From an uncultured delta proteobacterium (GTDB lineage Bacteria > Desulfobacterota > Desulfuromonadia > Desulfuromonadales > JACZKF01): a stretch of DNA of 64,000 nucleotides. The DNA is taken from NCBI GenBank assembly GCA_963816395.1, contig CAWFKQ010000016.1, positions 416,001 through 480,000 of the forward strand, in the 5' to 3' direction. How positions within the stretch are numbered: the stretch's first letter is position 1; each line of letters opens with the position of its first letter. A program made the translations under genes and the position numbers. Under the pieces are notes generated by a model, which did no database searches, was not told the origin of the DNA, and saw only the letters and a program-made list of their open reading frames with translations. Positions 30,193 to 40,988 of the stretch are shown here, piece after piece.

Positions 30193-30331
30193 ACAGCTCT
30201 CCCAAACGAAATTCCCCAAAAATTACAGGGTTTTTACTCCCTTGTCAAGCAGGAAAGGCCAGCCCCGGGGGCGGCCGGGGGCGGTATTTTTCCCGTTGGG
30301 TTTGTGCTATGCTCCGGCGGGAAAGGAGGCA

Positions 30332-31550
30332 ATGATCATGCCGCCGGAACTGCTGGCCCCTGCCGGGGACCTGGAAAAACTGGAAACCGCCGTCGCCTAC
30401 GGTGCCGATGCCATCTACCTGGGGGGGGAGCGGTTCGGCCTGCGCGCTCTGGCCGGCAACTTTTCCCTCGCCGGATTACGCCGGGCCAGGGAGATCACCC
30501 GGGCGGCCGGCAAGCGTCTTTACCTGACCCTTAATGCCTACCTGCGGCCGGGGGACCTGGCGCCGTTCGCCGCCTACCTGGAAGACCTGCGGCCGCTGGA
30601 AATCGATGCCTATATTCTCGCTGACCCGGGTGCCGTTGCGCTGGTGCGGCGACTCGATCCGGAACGGGAAATTCATCTCTCCACCCAGGCCAATACCACC
30701 AATGCGGAGGCCGTGCGCCACTGGCAGGCGACTGGCGTGCGCCGCGTCAATCCCGCCCGCGAGCTGACGCTGGAGGAGATCCGGGAGATCCGCCTCGCCA
30801 CCGGTATCGAGCTGGAAGTCTTCGTCCATGGCGCCATGTGCGTCGCCTGGTCGGGACGCTGCCTGCTGTCCGCCGCTTTAACCGGCCGCAGCGCCAATCA
30901 GGGGGCCTGTGCCCAGCCCTGCCGCTGGCGGTATGCCCTCGCCGAGGAAACCCGGCCGGGCGAGTACTTCCCCATTGAGGAGGACGGGGCGGGAAGCTAC
31001 CTGCTGAACAGTCGCGATCTGTGCCTGATCGAGCACTTGCCGGAACTGCTGACGGCAGGAATCTCGGCGCTGAAGATCGAGGGGAGGATGAAAAGCCGCT
31101 ACTATGTGGCGGCGGTGACCCGTGTCTACCGCGCCGCCCTCGACCGCTGGTTGGCCGAGGGTCCGGATTACCGGTACGATCCGGTCTGGCGGACGGAACT
31201 GGAAAAGGTGAGCCACCGCCCCTACGACCGCGGCTTTCTCTTCGGCGGCCGCGATCCTCTGGTGCACCGGGAGGATTCTCTTTACCGGCGGACCCACGAT
31301 TTTCTGGGGGTGGTGGAGGAATTGCTCCCCGGCGGACGCGGAGAGGTCGTCGGGCGCAACCGCTTTTTCCCCGGGGAGACGCTGGAGATCATCGGTCCGG
31401 GAATGCGCGCGGACGAGCTTCCGGGCGGGGGAGATTCGCTCGCGGGATGGAGAATCGCTGCCGGCCGCCCAGCCCAACGCCCGGGTGGTGCTGGAACTGC
31501 CTGCCGGCGTCCGGCCGGGCGATCTGTTGCGGAGGGAAAGGAAATGTTGA
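30332..31550 (+). CDS. U32 peptidase family protein (tRNA hydroxylation TrhP-like); frameshift at ~31410
   Basis: PELLAPAG, HLSTQAN, FVHGAMCVAWSGRC, GACAQPCRW, LKIEGRMKS. Confidence 0.88.
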
Positions 31551-31652
31551 ATTTTGAATGTTGAATTTTAAATTGGAAATGAAACAGCGGCCGTCTAGCC
31601 ATTCAACCTGATACTCTTTAATTCAAAATCAAGAATTCAGAATTCAAAATTG
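31543..31652. repeat. AT-rich heptamer-repeat palindrome (TTTTGAA / TTCAAAA)
   Basis: ATGTTGAATTTTGAATGTTGAATTTTAAATT ... AATTCAAAATCAAGAATTCAGAATTCAAAATT. Confidence 0.75.
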
Positions 31653-31656
31653 CCCT

Positions 31657-32322
31657 TTACGCACTCCAGCAGGTCCGCTTTTCCACGTCGCAGCAGGAGA
31701 GAGCCCGGCCGTAGACGGCGCCGGTATCGAGGCCGATCCGACGTGGGGCGAAAAGCACATCCGGGCGCGGAGTGTGACCGAAAACCACCGTCTTGCCCCA
31801 GTCGTAATCGGAATGGAGGAATTCTTCACGGATCCACAGCAGGTCTTTCTCCTGCTGGGCCGCCAATGCCAACCCCGGGCGCAGGCCGGCGTGGACGAAG
31901 ATGAAGTGGTCGGTTTCATAATACAGGCGCAGGCCCTCCAGAAAGTCGAGGTGAGCCCGGGGCAGGCGCAGTTTTTCCCCTTCCTTGTAGTTCTCCAGGG
32001 TGGATTCGCCGCCATTGAGGAAATAGAGCAGCTGGTTGCGGCCGGCCACGAAGTCGAGGAACATCCCCTCGTGATTCCCTTTCAGAAAGATGGTGCGGGG
32101 AAAACGGCAGCCGAAGTCGATCAGGTATTCGAGCACCCCCCGCGAATTAAGGCCACGGTCGATATAGTCGCCGAGGAAGACCACCTGATCGGCGGTGGTT
32201 GGCCGGACCTGATCGATCAGCCGTTCCAACTGCCGGCGGCAGCCGTGGATATCCCCGACGGCCAGCAGCCGGCCGGGAGCCGGCTCGCGGTTGCGCGGAT
32301 TGGAAGAGAGGAGAGAGAACAT
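31657..32322 (-). CDS. Metallophosphoesterase, Ser/Thr phosphatase family
   Basis: GDIHG, GDYIDRG, GNHE, FGHTP, LDTGA. Confidence 0.9.
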   Translation of the reverse strand: MFSLLSSNPRNREPAPGRLLAVGDIHGCRRQLERLIDQVRPTTADQVVFLGDYIDRGLNSRGVLEYLIDFGCRFPRTIFLKGNHEGMFLDFVAGRNQLLYFLNGGESTLENYKEGEKLRLPRAHLDFLEGLRLYYETDHFIFVHAGLRPGLALAAQQEKDLLWIREEFLHSDYDWGKTVVFGHTPRPDVLFAPRRIGLDTGAVYGRALSCCDVEKRTCWSA

Positions 32323-32454
32323 GCGGATATTATATCTGCCCGGATCGGCGGTGCATACCGATTGCTGCAGCAGCAGGAAGTTTTTGGCATTTTCCTTGTA
32401 AGTAGATTCCCGCCAGCGGCTTATCTGCGGTCACTTTTATATGTCGAGGAGGAT

Positions 32455-33189
32455 ATGATGAAACATTGTTGTCTGGCGGCCCTACTGATCCTTTTCCTCG
32501 CCGGCCCGACGGCGGCGGCGAAGTACGATATCGCCAATTTCGCCGGTCTGGCGGATGATACTTTCGCCGATTTCATCCGCGAGGCGGGGGTGGGCACGGC
32601 ATATCGCGGCCTCGCCCCGGCCGAACCGCAGGGGCTGACCGGTTTCGATCTCGGGGTGGCGGTGAGCATAGTCGATATCCGGGACGACAACTGGAAGCAG
32701 ATCCTGGAAGGGAACGATCCTCCCGCTTACCTGACGATCCCCAGCCTGCGCCTGCGCAAGGGGCTTCCCTTCAACCTGGACGTTGGCGCGTTCTACGCGC
32801 AGGTTCCTGACAGCAACATCAAGCTTTTCGGCGGCGAGCTGCAGTGGGCGCTGCTGGAGGGAGGCGTGGCCACGCCGGCGCTGGCTTTGCGAGCGAGCTA
32901 TTCCACCCTGCAGGGGGTGGACGACCTCGATCTGCAGACCTATGGAGCGGACGCCGTGATCAGCAAGGGTTTTGCCATGCTGACCCCCTATGCGGGCATC
33001 GGCGTGGTACGGATCGAGGGCGAATACACGGGGGATGACCCCCAGGCGAGTAATCTAAACGATCACTCTTTCACCGAACCCCGCTACTTCGCCGGGGTAC
33101 AGGCCTCCCTGGCCCTGCTGCGGCTCACCCTGGATGCCGAGTACCTGGTGCGGCCGGTCTACTCCGTGAAAGTCAGCCTGGGCTGGTAA
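32455..33189 (+). CDS. Probable outer-membrane beta-barrel protein
   Basis: RBS GAGGAGG, signal peptide, beta-strand pattern, C-terminal KVSLGW. Confidence 0.7.
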   Translation: MMKHCCLAALLILFLAGPTAAAKYDIANFAGLADDTFADFIREAGVGTAYRGLAPAEPQGLTGFDLGVAVSIVDIRDDNWKQILEGNDPPAYLTIPSLRLRKGLPFNLDVGAFYAQVPDSNIKLFGGELQWALLEGGVATPALALRASYSTLQGVDDLDLQTYGADAVISKGFAMLTPYAGIGVVRIEGEYTGDDPQASNLNDHSFTEPRYFAGVQASLALLRLTLDAEYLVRPVYSVKVSLGW

Positions 33190-33193
33190 CGGT

Positions 33194-33312
33194 AGGCTGA
33201 TGAAAAACGCCCATCTGCGGCGTTGCCTTCATCTTTCGTCAACGACGTACTCCGGTACGCCTTATGCCGAAAGATTTCAGGCGCCTTGCATCTGGGCATT
33301 TTTGCTCAGCCT
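33194..33312. mobile_element. MITE-like ~120-bp element with terminal inverted repeats
   Basis: AGGCTGATGAAAAA ... TTTTTGCTCAGCCT, with internal complementary arms and no coding capacity. Confidence 0.6.
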
Positions 33313-33340
33313 GAGGGCACTCCTCACCCTGCACTCCTCG

Positions 33341-33919
33341 TCAGATGTCCTCTGCCCCGCTGCGCACCCGCACGACACGGCAGCAGACCCGCCGCCCGGC
33401 CAGCTCGCGGTGCAGCCGGATCAGGAAATGCACCGTCACCAGCCGGTGGATGGCCGCCTGCGTCAGGCGGTAGAGCCATTTGCGCAGCCGGCCGGGAGCC
33501 GGGCCGCCGAGCAGGAGAGGGCAGTAGTCCGCCAGTTGCAGGGAAACCCGGGTGCCGTCGGGCAGCTCTTCGCAGACGAAGGCCAGTTCTCCCCGGTGGC
33601 AGTTCTGCGGCTGTACCAGCAGGCCGCCATCGATGGCCAGGGTGAGGGTGGCGCAGCCGGTTTGCAGTGGGCCGCGGAAGCGGAGCAGGGTGCGCCCCAG
33701 GCAGCGGAATTCAATGCTGCCGGCATCCCGGCGGGGCCGGACCAGGGACCAGGTGAAGCGGCGCAGGTGCCGCAAATAGCGCTCCAGGAGCAACTCCGGA
33801 GTGACCCCGGCGGCATAGCTGGCAGGCAGGACCGTCCACTGCGCGGACAGGACGGTGGATTCCTTTTGCAGTACCTGATGACAGGCGATCTCGTTTTCAT
33901 CCATGCGGAGTTTTGACAT
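33341..33919 (-). CDS. Hypothetical protein
   Basis: ORF of about 190 aa filling the gap, with AGGAGAAAAG upstream; no motif recognised. Confidence 0.55.
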   Translation of the reverse strand: MSKLRMDENEIACHQVLQKESTVLSAQWTVLPASYAAGVTPELLLERYLRHLRRFTWSLVRPRRDAGSIEFRCLGRTLLRFRGPLQTGCATLTLAIDGGLLVQPQNCHRGELAFVCEELPDGTRVSLQLADYCPLLLGGPAPGRLRKWLYRLTQAAIHRLVTVHFLIRLHRELAGRRVCCRVVRVRSGAEDI

Positions 33920-34208
33920 TTTGTATGAGTGTTCTTTTCTCCTGTGATGCCAAATCCTACCACAGGAACCCCCTGCCAGGGAAAAACCCATCCTCCCACT
34001 CCTGTTACCCTCCCGGCTGCGGTGCGGTGAAAAAGCGATTGCCGCCCCGCCCGGAAAGCTGCATACTTTAATCAACGCTATTGCCCGCCAGACGCCAAGG
34101 GCTCGAAGGCTATATTTGAGTTCTTCGCGAGGTTCGCGGGCGTAGCATGGGCAAATGCCTTTTCAGGTCAATTCTCCTCCCGAGGCTATGGCCAAAAGCC
34201 TGGGTAAA

Positions 34209-35118
34209 ATGACGGGACAGCGGACTGCCGTGCCGAAGATAAAACTGATAGCCAATCCCGTCGCCGGACGCCAGGCGGCGGCGAAAATCCGGGCGGCCGA
34301 AGCCTGCTTCCGGGCGCGCGGTGCGACCGTCGAGCTCACCCTGACGGCGGCCCGCGGGGATGCCCGGGCGGCGGCCGCCCGGGCGCGCTCCGAAGGGTTT
34401 GATCGGGTGGTCGCCGCCGGCGGCGACGGCACCCTCAACGAGGTGGTCAACGGTCTGGCGCCGAGCGCCATCCCCCTCGCTTTCCTCCCTCTGGGGACGA
34501 CCAATGTCTTCGCCCTGGAGGCGGCGATCCCCCTGGCCGTCGAGGCCGCCTGCGCCATCGCCCTGGATGGGGCGCCCCGGCCGGTCTGCCTGGGCCAGGC
34601 CGGGGAGACCCGTTTTCTGCTGATGGCCGGGATCGGCTTCGATGCCGCGGTGGTCTACGGACTCAACCTCAGGCTCAAGCGTCTGGCCGGCAAGCTCGCC
34701 TATCTGGCCGGTGGGGTGACGGCCCTGCTGCGACAGGCGCCGCCGCCGGTGGAGGTGGTGACCGAGGACGGAAACGTCCATCGCGGCTTCGGGGCGATCA
34801 TCGGCAACGGTCGGCTGTACGCCGGCGGCTTTTCCCTCACCCCGCAGGCTTCCCTCTGCGCCGACCGGCTCGACCTCTGTCTGCTGCTGCGGCCCGGCCG
34901 GCTCCCCCTGCTGCGCTGCGCCGCCGGCCTGGTCGGCCGGCCGGGCGCCGGCGCCGCCGGCCGCCCTCTGCCTGCAGGGACGGGAATTCACCGTGCGCGG
35001 CGGGCAGGTGCCGGTACAGATCGATGGCGACTACCTGGGGCGGCTGCCGATGATTTTCCGGGCCGTCTTCGGCGAACTCTCCCTGGTCTTCCCGCCAGGT
35101 TTCCGGGAGGCGTCATGA
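34209..35118 (+). CDS. Diacylglycerol/lipid kinase, YegS/DAGK family; frameshift at ~34950
   Basis: IANPVAG, AAGGDGTLNEV, LPLGTTNVFA, MAGIGFDA. QIDGD lies in the shifted frame, which ends at TGA 35116-35118. Confidence 0.85.
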
Positions 35119-35633
35119 GCGATGAAGAGCGCATCCTGTACCGCGGCCGCATCGTCCGCCTGGCGCTGGAGCGGCATCGCCTCCCTGACGGGCGGCAGGG
35201 CGAGTTCGAGGTGGTCCGGCATCCGGGCGGGGCGGCGATTCTGCCCCTGCTGACGGACGGCCGGACGGTCCTGATCCGCCAGTTCCGACCGGCGGCCGGC
35301 GGCTGGCTCTGGGAAATTCCGGCCGGGCGGATCGATGCCGGCGAGACGCCGGAGGCCTGCGCCCGGCGGGAACTGCAGGAGGAGACCGGCTATCGGGCCG
35401 AACGGCTGGAGAAACTGGGGGAGATGATCACCGCTCCCGGCTTCTGCGACGAGGTGGTGCACCTCTTCCTCGCCCGCGATCTGCAGCCGGTCGCCAGCGC
35501 CCCGGAGGAGGATGAATTTCTGGAGGTGGTTCCAGTGCCCCTGGCGGAGGCCCTGGCCATGGTGCGGCGCGGGGAGATCCGCGACGGCAAAACCCAGCTG
35601 GCGCTGCTGCTCGCCCGGGAGGTGTGCCGATGA
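35115..35633 (+). CDS. NUDIX hydrolase (ADP-ribose pyrophosphatase-like)
   Basis: EIPAGRIDAGETPEACARRELQEETG Nudix box; GGAGG RBS. Confidence 0.9.
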   Translation: MSDEERILYRGRIVRLALERHRLPDGRQGEFEVVRHPGGAAILPLLTDGRTVLIRQFRPAAGGWLWEIPAGRIDAGETPEACARRELQEETGYRAERLEKLGEMITAPGFCDEVVHLFLARDLQPVASAPEEDEFLEVVPVPLAEALAMVRRGEIRDGKTQLALLLAREVCR

Positions 35634-36133
35634 CTTCGCAAGCCCTTCGCCGCGCCCAGATTCGCGATGGGCTGGTTTACTGGGTCTACCTGCCGGCGGC
35701 GGTGGTCGGCGGCGGCTGGGCGCTCGACCGGCTGGCCGGCCTGCCGCCCCTGCCCGGCGGCTGGTGGCTGACCGGGGCGGCCGGGCTGCTTTTCCTGGCC
35801 GGCAACGCCCTGATCGGCCGCTCGATGCGCGAGCTCCAGACCTTCGGGGAGGGAACGCCGAACCCGCGATTTCCACCGCACCGCCTGGTCACCGCCGGCA
35901 GCTACTCCTGGTGCCGGCACCCGATGTTCCTCGGCTACGATCTGGCCGCCCTGGGGGTCATCCTGGGTCTGCACTCCACAGGGATGCTGGCGATGGGCGG
36001 AACGCTCTTTTTCCTGCTGCAGATTTCCTTCCTGCGCCGGGAGGAAAAACTTCTGGAGAAGCGCTTCGGCGCCGATTTCCGAGCCTACCGGCAACGGGTC
36101 CCCTTCCTTCTGCCGCGGCCGTGGAGAAAATGA
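35630..36133 (+). CDS. ICMT/PEMT-family membrane methyltransferase
   Basis: GEGTP..PPHRLVTAGSYSWCRHPM, REEKLLEKRFG, YRQRVP. Confidence 0.8.
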   Translation: MTSQALRRAQIRDGLVYWVYLPAAVVGGGWALDRLAGLPPLPGGWWLTGAAGLLFLAGNALIGRSMRELQTFGEGTPNPRFPPHRLVTAGSYSWCRHPMFLGYDLAALGVILGLHSTGMLAMGGTLFFLLQISFLRREEKLLEKRFGADFRAYRQRVPFLLPRPWRK

Positions 36134-37185
36134 CCATGCTCTCCCTGCTTGCACTGCGCCGCCTCCTCCCATCCATCCGGGAGCACCGCCTGGTCGAGGC
36201 GGAAACCCACCGGCTGCTCCGGGAGACCCTGGCGGCGGAATACATCGATCCCTGCCCGCAGGCCCTCGGCCCGCTCAAATACGCCCAGCGCAATATTTTC
36301 TCCATTCTGTTTCTCGCCATCTACCGGGCGCTGGGGGTCGGCGCCGAGCGCCGCCTGCTGTACGGGATCGTCAATCACGCCATCCGCGGCATCGTCACCG
36401 GCACCGACAATCTGCTCGATGATGAATGCAAGATGATGCTTCCCCTGCGTTTCCCGGAGAAAGCCTGCCGGTTCTCCAGCGTCATGCACATCCTGCTCTT
36501 CGACCGGTTCCTTTTCCGGGTGGTGGACGAGGCCGCCGACCGGGGGATCATTAAGGAGGAGGATCGGACGGACCTGCAGCAGGACATCTTCCAGGCCCTG
36601 GTGCCGATCGGAGAGGAGGAGGCGAGCGAGGAGGGGGGGGTGACGGAAATCCTGCCGCCGGCCGAAATTCTCACCTCGGTGCATATGTACAAGGGGGGAA
36701 ATCTGCTGCGCCTGGCCTTCATTGCGCCCCGCCGGGTGGAGACAGAGCTGCAGGGTCCGATCGCCCTGGCCGACCGGGGCATTTACCGCATCGGCATGGC
36801 CCTGCAGGTGATCGACGATCTCACCGATCTGTACGAGGATCTGCGCGACCGGCGGCACAATTATCTGGCTTCCGCCATTCTCCACGAAGGGCCGGCGGCT
36901 GAGCGGGCAGAACTGGCGCGCGCCCGGGCGGCCGGGGGAGCGGGACGGCCGCCGGTGGAGCAGGTTTTTCCGCAGTCGGCTGGCCGGGTCATGCACCGGG
37001 CGGTTGGCGAGGCCCTGGCCGGTTTCGCGCTGCTGGAGCAGGCCGGTTTCTGGCTGCGCCGGCCGGCGGCCCTCGACCTGATCCGGGCCCTGTTTCACCT
37101 GCGCGGGGTAGGGCAGCTGACCCGCTTCTGGCCCGCCGGCGACCGCTTCGTTCACACCCTTGAGGAACCGGAGGCGGCGCCATGA
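36130..37185 (+). CDS. Class I isoprenoid-synthase/terpene-synthase-fold protein
   Basis: Two Asp-rich motifs, TDNLLDDE and LQVIDDLTDLYED, with YKGG before the second; 351 aa. Confidence 0.65.
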   Translation: MTMLSLLALRRLLPSIREHRLVEAETHRLLRETLAAEYIDPCPQALGPLKYAQRNIFSILFLAIYRALGVGAERRLLYGIVNHAIRGIVTGTDNLLDDECKMMLPLRFPEKACRFSSVMHILLFDRFLFRVVDEAADRGIIKEEDRTDLQQDIFQALVPIGEEEASEEGGVTEILPPAEILTSVHMYKGGNLLRLAFIAPRRVETELQGPIALADRGIYRIGMALQVIDDLTDLYEDLRDRRHNYLASAILHEGPAAERAELARARAAGGAGRPPVEQVFPQSAGRVMHRAVGEALAGFALLEQAGFWLRRPAALDLIRALFHLRGVGQLTRFWPAGDRFVHTLEEPEAAP

Positions 37186-38406
37186 GATCGGCCCTGTGGC
37201 TGCAGGTGCGGCTGGCGCTGCGCAACGTGCGGCGCAATCCCCGCCGCTCCCTGTTTACCGCCGCCGCCATCAGTTTCGGCCTGTTCTGCGTCATCGTCTT
37301 CCAGGCGCTGAAGGTCGGTCTGCACCAGGAGATGGTTGCCGGCACCGTCCGCCTCGACACCGGCGCCGTGCAGGTGCATGCGGCCGGCTTTGAACCAGGG
37401 ATGACGGCTCTCCAGCCGCTGCCGAAGCCGCAGGAAGTGATGGAGGTGCTGCGGCGGCAGGGGGTGACCGCCTTCAGCCCCCGGCTCAAGGCTCCGGCCA
37501 TGCTGCTCGCCGGGGCGAAAAGCTCCACCGTCCTGCTTGACGGCATCGATCCGGCAGCCGAACCGCGGGTGACGGAGATCGCCGACAAGGTGACCGCCGG
37601 TATTTTCCCGGTCGGCGGCGAAAATCTGCTGCTCGGCGGCACTCTGGCCGACAGCCTCGGCGTCGGTCCCGGCGATCAGCTCACCCTCATGGCCCAGGGG
37701 CTGTTCGGCCGGCCGGTGACCCGGCGCTTTGCCGTGGCCGGGATCTACCGCACCGGGGTCTCCTCTTTCGACCGCAGTCACGTCTATCTCCCCCTGCCGG
37801 CGGTCCAGTCGTTTCTGCAGGCCGACGACCTGGTCACCGAGATCGTCGCCAGCGTGCCGCCGGCGGCCGCGGCCGCCCTCGCCGAACGCCTGCGGACGGA
37901 ATTGCCGGCCGGCTACCAGGTGCGCAGCTGGCAGCAGCTCGCTCCCGACCTGGTGCAGCTCCTCGCAGCTCAACGATGCCACCATGCGCCTGCTGATCCT
38001 CATCGTCTTTGCCATCGCCGCCCTGGGGATCGCCAACACCATGACCATGATCACCTTCGAGCGTTTCCGCGAGCTGGGGATTCTGGCCGCCCTCGGCCTG
38101 CGCCCGGGCGGCATCGTCCTGCTGATCGTCCTGGAGTCCCTGTGCCTGGGGCTGATCGCCGCCGCCCTGGGGAGTCTGCTGGGGATCGGCGTCTGCAGCT
38201 GGCTGGGGCGGCACGGCCTTGACCTGACCCGCTTCACCAGCGCCAACCAGTACTTTGCCGCCGGCCACGTGATCCGCGCCCACCTGCTGCCCGCGGACCT
38301 GGCGGCCGCCAACCTGCTCACCCTGGCCACCGCCCTGCTGGCCGGCCTCTATCCCGCCTGGAAGGCGGCCCGCCTCGATCCGGTGCAGGCCATCCGGCAC
38401 CAATAG
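37182..38406 (+). CDS. FtsX/LolE/MacB-type ABC permease; frameshift at ~37965
   Basis: ALRNVRRNPRRS, periplasmic domain, GIANT..FERFRELGILAALG, LYPAWKAARLDPVQAIR. Confidence 0.85.
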
Positions 38407-38496
38407 GGCAGGGGCTTGTCCTGGGCCTGCGGCGCAGCAGATCGCACCACCGGAAGGTTTTTAAAAATGAACCGCACGCTCATGGAGGTTGATGAA

Positions 38497-39358
38497 ATGC
38501 CCCTGCCGAAATCGTTCGTTTCCCCCCTGCACCTGCCTTTCAACAGTGAGTGTCTCAAGGGAAAATTCCATTCGGCGCCTCCCGATGCCGATCCCGGCGG
38601 GGAAGGCGTCTGGCTGATGCTGCGCGGTGAGGAGGTGCTGGTTAGCCGCCGACGGCGAACCGGCCCTGCCGCGGGAGGTGCCGACCGGCCTGGTGGCCGG
38701 GGAGCCGCTGTACATCGGCGACTGGCAGGGTCGGCCCTGCCGGGTGCTGGCGGTACCGAAGGATTCTCCGCTGCCGGCCGGCCTGTCAGCCGAGAACATG
38801 CTGTCCGCTGAGCCGCGGCTGTCGATCGAACTGCTCAGCCTGGGCGGCACCGCCGGGCAGATTCTGCATTGGGAGAAGAACAGCCGCTTCTGCTCCCGCT
38901 GTGGCGGCGAGAACGGGCGGCTGCCCGGCGAGTGGGGGAAGAAGTGCCAGGCCTGCGGCTACTCCCATTATCCCCACATCCACCCCTGCGTCATCGTTCT
39001 GGTGCGGCGCCCCGGGGAAGTGCTGCTTACCCGCAAGGCCGTCTGGCCGGCAGGGCGCTACAGCCTGGTGGCAGGCTTTCTCGATTTTGGCGAATGTCTG
39101 GAGGAGGCGGTGGAGCGGGAAGTGGCGGAGGAGACCGGGGTGCGGGTGCGGGCGGTCCGCTACGTCGGCAGCCAGTGCTGGCCTTTTCCCAGTCAGCTGA
39201 TGGCCGGTTTCACTGCCGAATATGCCGGCGGCGACGTGCGGGTGGAGGAGAAGGAGCTGGAGGATGCCCGCTGGTTTTCGGTGGACGCGCTTCCCGCCCT
39301 GCCGCCGCGGCGCAGTATCGCCCGCTACATAATCGATAATTTTCTGCAATCGACATAA
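38497..39358 (+). CDS. nudC: NADH pyrophosphatase; frameshift at ~38645
   Basis: FCSRCG..CQACG zinc ribbon, AGF...ECLEEAVEREVAEETG, SQCWPFPSQLM. Confidence 0.9.
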
Positions 39359-39385
39359 AAAAACCCCCGGGCGGGGACCCGGGGG
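39357..39385 (-). terminator. Intrinsic terminator of ald
   Basis: CCCCCGGG-loop-CCCGGGGG followed by T7 on the - strand. Confidence 0.7.
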
Positions 39386-39482
39386 ATCGCAAAGATATCT
39401 CCTTCTATGGATCAGCCGACTCTGGAGGAGGCTATTGGCTGAAAGGCGATATCCGCGGCAACTGGTGTCCTGAACAGGCCCT

Positions 39483-40595
39483 TCACCGGGGTTCCGGAGT
39501 GAAGGGCTGCCAGGGAATGCCAAGGGCGCGAGCGGCCGTTTCATGCCGCATCATGCCCGCGTGGGTGTTGACTCCCTGCAGCAGTGCCCTGTCCTCGGCT
39601 GCGGCCGCCACGCCGCGGGCGGCAAGCCGGCGTACATAGGGCAGGGTGCTGTTGGTGAGGGCGAAAGTGCTGGTGCGGCTCACTGCTCCCGGCATGTTGG
39701 TAACCGCGTAATGAGTCACCCCGTCCACGCTGTAGACCGGTGCATCGTGGGTGGTGGGCCGGGTGGTTTCAACGCAGCCGCCCTGGTCGACCGCCACATC
39801 GACGATGACACTGCCCGGTGCCATCCGACCCACCAGTTGCCGGCTGACCAGGCGCGGTGCCCGGGCGCCGGTTACCAGCACGGCGCCGATGAGCAGATCG
39901 GCCCGCACCACCTCGTCCTCGATATTCTGCGAATTGGACATCAGGGTGCGGATGCGGTTGCCGTAATGCTCATCGAGAACCGCCAGGCGCCCCGGATCGA
40001 TGTCGAGGACGGTGACCTCGGCCCCCATGCCGACGGCCAGGCGCACCGCGTTGCCGCCGGCACCGCCGCCGCCCAGGACCACGACCCGCCCGGCCCGCAC
40101 TCCCGGCGCCCCTGAGAGCAGCACTCCCTTGCCCCCCTTGTCCTTCTGCAGCAATCCGGCGCCGACCTGTACCGCCATGCGCCCGGCGATTTCGCTCATC
40201 GGCTGCAGCAGGGGGAGGCTGCCGTCGGGCCGTTGAACCGTCTCATAGGCGATGGCGGTCACCTGCCGCTCCAGCAGGTGCCGGGCCAGTTCGGGGACCG
40301 CCGCCAGGTGCAGGTAGGTGAAGAGCAACTGCCCCTGGCGCAGCAGGCCGTATTCGGCGTGCACCGGCTCCTTGACCTTGACGATCAGCTCGCCCCGGGC
40401 GTACAGTTCTCCGGCATCGGCGACGATTTCCGCCCCGGCCGCCCGGTATTCCTCATCAGTGAGACCGCTTCCCGTCCCGGCATCCCGTTCGACCAGGACC
40501 GTGTGGCCGTCCTCGGCGAGGGTGCGTACCCCGGCGGGGGTCATCCCAACCCGGTATTCCCGGTTCTTGAGCTCTTTCGGGATGGCGACGATCAT
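39483..40595 (-). CDS. ald: Alanine dehydrogenase
   Basis: [39 protein letters not shown]. Confidence 0.95.
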   Translation of the reverse strand: MIVAIPKELKNREYRVGMTPAGVRTLAEDGHTVLVERDAGTGSGLTDEEYRAAGAEIVADAGELYARGELIVKVKEPVHAEYGLLRQGQLLFTYLHLAAVPELARHLLERQVTAIAYETVQRPDGSLPLLQPMSEIAGRMAVQVGAGLLQKDKGGKGVLLSGAPGVRAGRVVVLGGGGAGGNAVRLAVGMGAEVTVLDIDPGRLAVLDEHYGNRIRTLMSNSQNIEDEVVRADLLIGAVLVTGARAPRLVSRQLVGRMAPGSVIVDVAVDQGGCVETTRPTTHDAPVYSVDGVTHYAVTNMPGAVSRTSTFALTNSTLPYVRRLAARGVAAAAEDRALLQGVNTHAGMMRHETAARALGIPWQPFTPEPR

Positions 40596-40692
40596 TTTTA
40601 GTCCTCTAAGAAAGCTTGGGCAAATACGGTCGACCGACCGGTATCGTCACGAGAAATCCGGACTGGTCGGCCGAATTCAAGGGATAAATCCG

Positions 40693-40938
40693 ATGGCCAT
40701 GATTTTCGAAAAGCGTTGTTTCCGCCTTCCCCGCGCCCGCATCGCCTACCTGCGGTTTATCCTCGAGGGTTACGACGGGCTGGCCTTCGCCCGCACCCTT
40801 GACCCGCGGACGGCACTGGTGGAGGTCGCTTATTCCCCCAGCCGCCGTGCCGATGTCGAGGCTCTCCTCGCCGCCCTGGCCGAGGAGTTTCCTCTGGTCG
40901 AGGTGGCGCCGCCGGCGGCGTCGATCTGTGATTCGTGA
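40693..40938 (+). CDS. Small conserved protein, DUF4911-like
   Basis: IAYLRFILEGYDGLAFARTLD motif. Confidence 0.65.
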   Translation: MAMIFEKRCFRLPRARIAYLRFILEGYDGLAFARTLDPRTALVEVAYSPSRRADVEALLAALAEEFPLVEVAPPAASICDS

Positions 40939-40980
40939 CTGGTTCCGGCCAGGCTTTACCAGTCACGAATCACTGATCAC
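40929..40980. repeat. Heptamer-type palindrome between convergent genes
   Basis: GTGATTCGTGACTGG ... CCAGTCACGAATCACTGATCAC. Confidence 0.6.
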
Positions 40981-40988
40981 GGCCTTCC

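Noticed and set aside
34155..35633. Apparent lipid kinase-NUDIX fusion (492 aa)
   Set aside because: The kinase's QIDGD C-terminus lies in another frame and ends at a TGA overlapping the NUDIX ATG, so the fusion is a frameshift artefact.
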